NCBI GenBank assembly: GCA_964016885.1
Contig: OZ024743.1
Location: forward strand, 278,814,001-278,878,000
DNA length: 64,000 nt
Direction of reading: 5' to 3'
Origin: Eledone cirrhosa
Lineage: Eukaryota
Shown: piece by piece, positions 54,124-64,000 of the stretch
Numbering within the stretch: the stretch's first letter is position 1
Layout of the letters: each line of letters starts with the position of its first letter
Translations under genes and position numbers: made by a program
The notes under the pieces: model-generated
The model's input: only the letters and a program-made list of their open reading frames with translations
Database searches by the model: none
Told to the model about the DNA's origin: nothing

Positions 54124-54230
54124 ATATTGACGTACACGGGAAACGAACCCACATCTTTGGTTTGCCGGACCATGTAACACATTGTTCCGGTAAACCAAAG
54201 ATGTGGGTTCGTGTTCCATGCATGTCAATA
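54124..54230. repeat. Fold-back inverted repeat of a tRNA-like segment
   Basis: ACGAACCCACATCTTTGGTTTGCCGGA vs TCCGGTAAACCAAAGATGTGGGTTCGT (27 bp, one mismatch), with weaker extension outward. Confidence 0.85.
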
Positions 54231-54714
54231 CATTTAACACACAAATATTAACTTTATATTTCTCACTGATACAATTCCACAGCAGCTTTGTAGAACTGTA
54301 TCAGTGTCCAGGTCGCAGAGCAACCGACTACAATTTTGATACTAAGAAATGAACGATAAAAATATTAAATTAATAGTCTTTGTAAAAATAGATCTTTGTA
54401 AAAATAGTCTTAGTAAAAATAGATCTGCCATGCTCTAATGGTAATAGAACTGTTTCTCAAATACCTACGATTGCCAAGTTTCATATCCATCATCAAATCT
54501 TAGTTTAAATATGTTTATATTCGTCTCGATGCCGTGAATGAACATTAGCTATTGATCCTGCATAGCCAACAGATGTGGAAGACCACGCCCCCTACACACA
54601 CATACACATACTCACATCAAATTCCATATGTAAGCATGAGTAATATTTGCAGATATAGATATATGTGCACGGACCTACGTATCTGTATATGTGCGTATGT
54701 GTGTTTTCGTTTGT

Positions 54715-55737
<1,023 letters not shown>

Positions 55738-56479
55738 TGTATCTCTCTCGAATATTTCCGTCTTTCTCTTTGTTCTTTCTCCCCTTCTTTTATGTCACCG
55801 TCACTCTATCTCTTTGTTTCCTTACGAAGCTTTCACTGTAGTCATTTCACTCCAACTCACATTCTCAAAATTTCTTCACAACTCATAATGAGTTTTTTTA
55901 AGCAAACCGATCATTTTCATTCCATAAACATTTCGTATATTTCGTATATTTCTGGGTTTTTTTTCTTTAATCAACTAAAGTTTAAATAGCCTTTAGCGGA
56001 GTTCACAATGTTATAAGCATTTACATCAGGTCTTTTCTTTGGGGAGGGATTCGTTCCGTCCATCCACCATTCATGGCGGTTATGAAAAGGTGCATTATTG
56101 CTGTCTGAGCCCTCTGTCTAAAAACCGAAAAATGTTTTAGTCCAAGATCAAAAACGTTCTAACTTTCGCCTTCCTATAATTTGTTCATCACGCATAATGT
56201 ATCAAGAAATACATTTCCCAAGGTAAATAAATTTGTCAGCAATACAAGCCAACTCTGTTAACATCTTCCACTTATCAAGGATTTCGAAAAGTATTTATAT
56301 ATATATAGCTTCATTTATGAATGCTACTGTACTTTATGTACTTTCAATGCAAAGCTTCTTCCAATGCAAAGCTTCTTCCAATAAAACCATATGTAATAAG
56401 ATAGCCACCCTTCAAAACTAGTAGTTTTGTCAACCTTAATTTTACCGTTAAATCTTAATTTTACCGTTAAATTATATTT

Positions 56480-56665
56480 GGCTTCTACAGAACTAGAACT
56501 GTTTCATTCGGGAGGAATCATCAAGAAAGCCCCTTCCTGATGATTTCTCCCGAATGAAACATTTCTAGTCCTGTAGAAGCCTTTTCTATATTAAATATTT
56601 ATACTCTGTTATGTATTGAGTACCTTACTTACTGACGTTACAGCTGTTTGAACCCGGGATAAACA
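56480..56665 (+). mobile_element. Penelope-like-element terminal-repeat-like unit with 5' fold-back
   Basis: ~45-bp inverted arms (56480-56581) carrying a hammerhead-like core. Homologous reverse copy at 59482-59608. Confidence 0.6.
56533..56579 (+). ncRNA. Minimal type I hammerhead ribozyme-like motif
   Basis: CTTC-CTGATGA-stem II-GAAAC..GTA-GAAG. Stem I CTTC/GAAG closes after a GUA triplet. Stems II and III are weak in this copy. Confidence 0.5.
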
Positions 56666-56675
56666 TAACACACAC

Positions 56676-56705
<30 letters not shown>

Positions 56706-56706
<1 letters not shown>

Positions 56707-56840
56707 ACGAAGGAAGTGTGGTAAGGAACCAGATGGACCATAACGCACCAGAGTACTCAAATACTTAGTGTAGTAGAATGGGTAATAGGAAAATGTATAA
56801 CCCCGACGGCAGAGCTCAAGCCGTTTCGACGGCTATTTCT
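56706..56840 (-). mobile_element. Second copy of the 53805-53952 repeat, bounded by (TA)n on both sides
   Basis: ACCCCGACGGCAGAGCTC..CGTTTCGAC and CACCAGAGTACT are reverse complements of the 53.8-kb copy. Confidence 0.6.
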
Positions 56841-56842
56841 AG

Positions 56843-56905
<63 letters not shown>

Positions 56906-56917
56906 TACATACATACA

Positions 56918-56949
<32 letters not shown>

Positions 56950-57451
56950 CGGTTGTATGTGAGTGTGTATGAGTGTAAATAACGAAGAATGAGTTGCAAA
57001 TCATTTCTATAAATTTAGTCATACTCAATTCAATTAATTGTTGAAAGACATCTTTGTGGAGAATATTTTTAAAGCCGCTGATAATTTCCCATCTCTATCT
57101 AACATTCCTCTTGACACTTATTTTCTCTTTATGAGCGGAAAATGGATACACCATGTCCCACGAAGGTCATTGAAAGGCTGGAGGAATATTTGCATATTAT
57201 GTGAAGGTCAACCCGACGCGGAAAAGAATAACGCTTTTGATTACCCCAGAACTGATTTCTAAATTTTAAGTAGCGGATGTGACTTATTTCTGGGAACATA
57301 TTAAAAGAGTTTGGAGTTGAATACGTTCCACTGAATAGAGTTTCAGCTCACGATTGAGTGAACGACAACGCCAAAATCAACATTTGATGAAAATTAGCTA
57401 CCTACCACTCTGCTCTATCTGCCAACAGAGGAAAGTAATATTGTGTGCGTA

Positions 57452-57981
57452 TCAGCAGATGGATCTTCTCACCAAAGGAGCCCGCCTCTTCCAAAGGAAT
57501 TGGAAGAGCGCGCGCTCCATTTTGGCGAGCGTTTTGGCTGGACAAGTCACGACGGTCAAGCGGTAGTAGATGGCGGACGCTAGAAAAGTGTTCGCCGCCT
57601 CCGCTCGACCTTTCAAGGATAGTTTGCACTCGGTCCACTTCTGGGTGAGTGCAAACACCTTGGCCGACACCTCGTTCCATTTCTTCTCCACCTGGAGGTC
57701 CGGACCAAACCAGACCCCGAGCAGCTTTACTGGTCCTTCCGTCCAGCGTCCGACGACGCCATCGGAAGGCATCGGTTTGCCTCTCCACGATCCAAGTTGC
57801 AAACCGATGGACTTGTCCCGGTTCAGCTTCGCTCCCGTGAACCTTTCGTATTCCTTCAGTAAGGTGCCGACTTCCTCAATTTGCGAGGCGCTCGACACCA
57901 TTACTGTCACGTCGTCGGCGTAGGCCGACGCCGCTTTCCGAAGTCCCGCTTCCAGAGGGATGCTCTGCAATAGCTCCAAAC
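57452..57981 (-). mobile_element. Internal fragment of L1/Tx1-like RT, same family as 35170-37252
   Basis: Open frame with AYADDVTV, GLQLGSWRGKPMPS, GPVKLLGVWFGPDLQV, IYYRLTVV, aligning to 36180-36710. Confidence 0.93.
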
Positions 57982-58212
57982 ATATATATATATATCTTAG
58001 GTAAGTAGATATGTATGTCATCCCCTCAAAGACACATGTTTACAACATGTGTACACACATACACACACTCATATATATATTTTTTTAATATGCACTTGGT
58101 GTCTTTAAGAATACTTATTCTCAATTACATAACATTTTTCACAAATTCGTGATGTTCATGACTCGTCCGTTTAACAAACACTGCTCTAGAAAATCATCAA
58201 ATTGTGAAACCG

Positions 58213-58309
58213 GTCAGGTTAATGTGAATATAACTTTATAAAGACTTCAAGTGAATTTGCAACCTTTTTAAATACATCTATACATCTGCATATTTATTCA
58301 AAATTGTAT

Positions 58310-58387
<78 letters not shown>

Positions 58388-58484
58388 ATACAATTTTGAA
58401 TAAATATGCAGATGTATAGATGTATTTAAAAAGGTTGCAAATTCACTTGAAGTCTTTATAAAGTTATATTCACATTGACCTGAC
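58213..58484. repeat. ~270-bp AT-rich palindrome: ~100-bp inverted arms around (TA)n
   Basis: Arms 58213-58314 and 58383-58484 are reverse complements with one mismatch noticed. Confidence 0.96.
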
Positions 58485-58899
58485 TTATTTTACTGGATTC
58501 CTGTTGATAAGCACAGAAGATTTGGATATTTCACTTTTTTATTTCTATTCCATTTCGATTCTCTTTATTTTTCAATTCACATACCACCGTTGCGAAACTT
58601 ATTTAGGTTTCGAGGTTCAAATTCGTCTACAGAATAGGTTTGAATTTTGAAATTTAAATCTGTCCAGGAATCATGGCCGTTGCCAATATAAGCTTGTCTT
58701 TATTGACTTATATCGAGACAGACAAATTGTATTCACTTTAATTAGTTTATTTCATTAATAGCTAACTTTGTCTGTTGCAATGTAAACACATTTCGTGTTT
58801 ATCATATATTTTAATGTATTTAACTGCTCGGAAGAGCCCCTTTTCCTGGAGCTTAATTATTGTAAACGACTGAGAGTTTATTCTCAAAATATAATATAG

Positions 58900-59012
<113 letters not shown>

Positions 59013-59094
59013 CAGGTAAACAGAAATAACAACACAATCGGTACAGTATATGGAAGGAATATATTAGTTTAACCCTTGAATAGCAGGAAGAGGC

Positions 59095-59130
59095 TCTTAA
59101 CGTTTCGGACGCTAGTCTTTCATCAGAAGA
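59095..59130 (-). ncRNA. Minimal type I hammerhead ribozyme-like motif
   Basis: Minus strand TCTT-CTGATGA-AA-GAC TAGC GTC-C-GAA ACGT T-AAGA: core boxes, stem I TCTT/AAGA, stem II GAC/GTC and palindromic ACGT in place of stem III. Confidence 0.6.
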
Positions 59131-59481
59131 AAGAATGAAAGATTAGAAAGTTTGCAGGTAGGATTCGAAAAAAATGTTTCATGTTTCATGTTGCTATCTC
59201 TTGGAAAACTGTTGATGCTGGCGTTTTGTTCTTGATATACTTGTTTAGAAAAGTGGATCATGGAAGCATCTCTACCTGATGTAGAGAAAAGAAAACCGTT
59301 TTGTATATAGAGCTATATGTGTGCGCGTGCGTATGCGTGTGTGTGTGCGTGTATGTGTGTGTTATTTTTCGTCCGTACGAAGCTAAGAGGATATGTGTGT
59401 GTATATGTAAGTGAACGAGTGTGTGTGTGCTTGTAAGTACGAAGCCATGTGTGTCTGTGTTTGTGTATGTGTGTGTGTGTG

Positions 59482-59608
59482 TGTATTCCCGAGTTATCGC
59501 GGGTGACCACAGTAAAAAAAAGTACTCGATACATTGGTAGAGTATAAGAATATTTTGCTTCATATAAAAATGACTTCTACAGGACTAGAACTGTTTCATT
59601 CGAATGAA
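59482..59608 (-). mobile_element. Reverse copy of the 56480-56665 unit
   Basis: Minus strand CGAATGAAACAGTTCTAGTCCTGTAGAAG..TTATACTCT..ATGTAT.GAGTAC..CGGGA, then (AC)n, as at 56550-56680. Confidence 0.65.
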
Positions 59609-60666
59609 ATCAATATATACGAAGTAGTTTATATGTATCATGGGGAACTTAAATACTGTGACCGTGGGAATAGTGATGAGTCTGTGACTATCAATGAAAT
59701 AGCAGTGTAGGTTCCTTTTCATAATGCACAACACAAACTTTGAGTATAAAGCGGCGATTTTATAAATGGTACAACAGACAGTACAACAATACTGTGCAGT
59801 TATGTGCCAACTCTAGCTTCTGGCATCAAATCTTACTTAGCAAGCCAAATGGGAAGAGAATTTTATGGAAAGTGAAATTGAAGTGTAATGTCCTTCTTTC
59901 GTAATATGATTCTTTTTGAAAGTGAAATATAATTATTTTCATCTACAGTTTGTGTGATAGACATTTTACATTTGACTTTACTTCATTTGTAGTAAAAAAT
60001 TACTAATCATTTTTCATAATCCGTGGGTCAAATATTAAACTTAATATGGACAATTCCCCAAACCTATTTCTTACTGTTTATTCAATAAGAGAAATGTCTC
60101 GTTTCGAGTATTCCCAGACTGGTGACAAGTAGAAAGATCAACACAGATCGTAGAACAGGCCCGAATGTTTGAAATGCTCTAGTCTCCACTAAATCACACA
60201 AGAGTGATGTTGCTTTAAACTTTGTGACGGATTAAGTTTAACGCTCAAGTGAGCCACAGCGAGTTTTGAACTCAGAACAAAAAAAAGACCGCCCAATTCC
60301 ACCGATGCAATGAAATGTTACTAAAAACGAAATTGATCTGATTGGGATTTGAACTCAAAACACAGAAAAATGAAATAATACCTAAAACATTTAATCTAGT
60401 TTCGCAATTCTGTTCAGACGCTGCCTCCATAACATTCAGATCGTTGTGGACTTCACCTAAGGTCATTTTGTTTTCTTCTATAAATTTGCAACCTCTTTAT
60501 CATAGTTGAAAAATCAATAGGACATTGATGCCTCTTTATTCCATATGTTGGATTTAGAATTAAGGAAAACAACTCAGAGTATTAGATTACGTGAATGGTG
60601 TAAACGTTTGACGAATCATTACCACTATACTGCCGTCATGATCTATCTTCGCAAATATTATATTAA

Positions 60667-61084
<418 letters not shown>

Positions 61085-62062
61085 CTTCATCGAAAAATAT
61101 TCCTATACCTTTATTCTCATTCTTACATGGATCATTTTACCGATTACTGATTCTTGGTTTATATAGCTTAGCTAACCCTTTCATGGGCAGTTGCATCTTG
61201 AGAAATACTGCATGGAACTATTGATTATCGATCAATCAGCTAGTTCATTCAAAGGGCCATTGCTCATGTTATAGGTTATATATCATGCAGCTACAAGGAA
61301 TAGTTTCCAATTGTAGAGATTTGAGCAAAATGGCTATTTCACATATGACATACGCCATTAATATTTAGTTCAGTAGTTCACTGAATTGCTGTAATATGTC
61401 ACTACCAACTCGCCAACAAATTTATATTTATCTGTAGCAATATTTTCTCCGTTTATGTGTCCTTTCTCTTTCTATATTTCACATATTCACACACTCTCTC
61501 ATCCTTTTCTCCTTTTCTTTTTTATCCCCTTTCTCATTTCGGATAATATATCTGAAAATCGGAGCTGTATTTGATGGTTGTTCAATATGACCAGGTATTC
61601 AAGTGGAACTCTAAATTTCCTTAGCCTTCCTTCAATCAAAATCATCATATTTCAACACAATTGAAATACACAGAAATTGAAGAAATATATCCCTTTGAAA
61701 GTCTTTTATTCTTGGTTCTCTCCTCCTCTTGTTTGTTTCTTTATTATTCCCCACCTCTCTTACTTTTGTTTCTTTTCATATTCACTAATGTGCCTTTCTT
61801 ATTTTCATCGTCTTTATCATTTTCCTTATCTCAGCCCTTTTCTCAACCCGGTTAAAGTTTTCTAGTCAGTAGGAATGTTGTGCGACTCTAGAATGAAAAG
61901 GAATAAGCATCATTGATTTTATTTTACTGAACGAGACGTAATTTACAATGAAAATGAGATTTGGAGAGGGTGAAAGATAATGTTATAATGTGGAATGCAA
62001 AAGATGTAGCTCAGAAGATTCATTCTTCGGTGACAAACATACTTACTTTATTTTATTATAGA

Positions 62063-62513
62063 CTAGCAGTGGTACCCGGCGTTTCACGGGATAAGGTATT
62101 TTGGAACGCGGGCTGCCAACAGACCTAATCGTGGAAAAACTGCATGCCTGGACAATATATAAAGAAAATAAACCGAAAAAAGCCCTAAAAAGATGAAAAA
62201 ATGAACTTTTTCACCTAATGCGGGCCCTAGGCCATAAAAAAGATAGATTTTCTTTGCTCACGGTATGAAGAAGAGACTGACTAATACATAGTTACAATTT
62301 CAAAGAAATCGGTCTGAGGTAACGCCTAAAAAAAAACCTATAAAGCTGATGAAACGAATTGTTTCACCTAATCCGGGCCCAAGGGGATCAAACAGTTGAT
62401 TTTCTATGTGCATAACACTCCCTGAAACATAGGTAATACACATGTAAAGTTAGAAAGAAATCGGTTGGGTACTTCTCAAGTTTTAGGGATTCAAACTCAC
62501 AGACACAGACACA

Positions 62514-62568
<55 letters not shown>

Positions 62569-62591
62569 ATCCTCAGTTTTATATATATAGA
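62063..62591 (-). mobile_element. Complete non-autonomous Helitron-like element
   Basis: Minus strand A|TCTATATATATAAAACTGAGG ... CCCGTGAAACGCCGGGTACCACTGCTAG|T: 5' TC, 3' CTAG, subterminal hairpin, AT target, no TSD. Contains a (TG)n tract and two ~152-bp diverged units. Confidence 0.82.
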
Positions 62592-63920
62592 TAAGTTGTC
62601 GCTTAAAGCTTGATGTTGACGTGGGAGCATTATATAATGCAAGAATCTTTCCTTAATTGTCCTATTCAAATAACATCTTTCTACCAACAGAGCATCGAAT
62701 CAAAAGACTATGTGGTAACTTGAGCTGCTGTTAGGAGTAGTATAAATGTCCTTCAAATTACACCCTACGATTTTAAAAGAAACAGATTTATACATTGGAT
62801 AATTTAGACGTAGATGCATTGTATCTGAGACGAATATACGAGTTTCGTAAGAAAATAATATCTGTAACACATTGATCATTGTCCAGATTGTTCAGAATTG
62901 ACTTGCAGCTAAACAAGAACAATTTCATCAATATGTCGTATACAAGATGTTCCACATCAAAACAATAAATTAAAAAAGATATATGGATCCCACCAATTCT
63001 TAAAAAGAAACAGGTTTAGCTTGTCTTATATGACAAAAAGTATAAATTAATTTTATCAATCGAATCGATCCCCAATCTCGCAGTAAAAAAATGAAATAAA
63101 GAGGTGAACATGGTTATATTTTAACTGAAATTCATTCCTTATTTTTCTTGTTTAACATTTGGTCGACCTTGCTTGAGAAAGCCTTCAGATTAAAAGCCGT
63201 AATTTTCCATCGTATTTGACCTCATAGTGTATCTAGAATTATATTATGCAATATATAATTTCTTTTTAGGATGCCTAGAAAGTTTCTCTAGATCGGTTTG
63301 TAGTCTTCTAAAACATTTCCCTATAGTAACTTGATTTTCCTGTACAAAATATCATGTTATTGTTTAAAGGAAAATCCTTATTTGTATTCACTTTATTTTC
63401 ACATAAATAATGAAATATATTCATAAGCTTAGTGACAAAATATGCGATGAATAGATATTGTTATTGCTGCTATATGAGTTTGAGATATCTTTCCTTTTAA
63501 AATTTTAATTCAGCGTATTATCTAGAGAAGATTATTGAGAGTGTTTGAACACAGGCATCTTAATTTATTGGTTGACGTCTTGAATTCCATAAGTACTGCA
63601 ACTGCTACAAGAAGTAAGAGAATTCAAACGATATGAACATAATTACAGTGCGGTTTCGGAAAGGGAAAGCTTTTAAATATTGTGAACGTGTAAATGAAAA
63701 TTGATAAGGAATATGACAATAGGAAATGTGATTTGTGCATTGGAAATCTACGGTGTGGTAATAGTGGAAGGAAGTTATTGATAATAAAGGAAACATAGAG
63801 GAAACATATACACGGATAGAACCGGATCTATGTTATTAATCCCGTAATAATAAAGTGACCCAAAACACTGACCCAACTTCCAAGAAGCAGATATTGAAAT
63901 TGCAAATGAATTCCAGTAAA

Positions 63921-63964
63921 CCTCTCTCTCTCATTATCTCTCTCTATTTTTCTCTCTCCCTCTC

Positions 63965-64000
<36 letters not shown>
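63921..64000. repeat. (CT)n-rich microsatellite running off the right edge
   Basis: Direct reading. Confidence 0.9.

Noticed and set aside
62600-63900. Host exon in the unique AT-rich right end
   Set aside because: No recognisable domain or convincing exon; a short exon cannot be excluded without transcript data.

Overview
Eukaryotic, repeat-dominated DNA with no supportable host protein-coding gene, rRNA, CRISPR array or prokaryotic feature. Bases 1-28343 are one C/A-rich satellite of a 52-bp monomer (about 545 copies) with multi-kb internal duplications. It is followed by related ~39-40-bp and 26-bp minisatellites, a (GAA/GAG)n tract and a 20-bp minisatellite (to ~31.7 kb). The remaining ~32 kb is AT-rich and microsatellite-dense. 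It holds degenerate non-LTR retrotransposons (L1/Tx1-like, RTE/BovB-like, R4/Dong-like), tRNA-derived SINEs, non-autonomous Helitron-like elements, short hammerhead-ribozyme-like units resembling Penelope-like-element termini, and several fold-back palindromes. The repeat spectrum resembles a cephalopod (Octopus-type) genome, which is inference only. Most ORFs in the supplied track are microsatellite artefacts. Best leads: an R4/Dong-like element embedded in a (TACA)n tract, an ORF1-only (HAL1-like) Tx1 derivative, hammerhead-bearing mini-elements docked on microsatellites, and a 52/39/26-bp series of related satellites.
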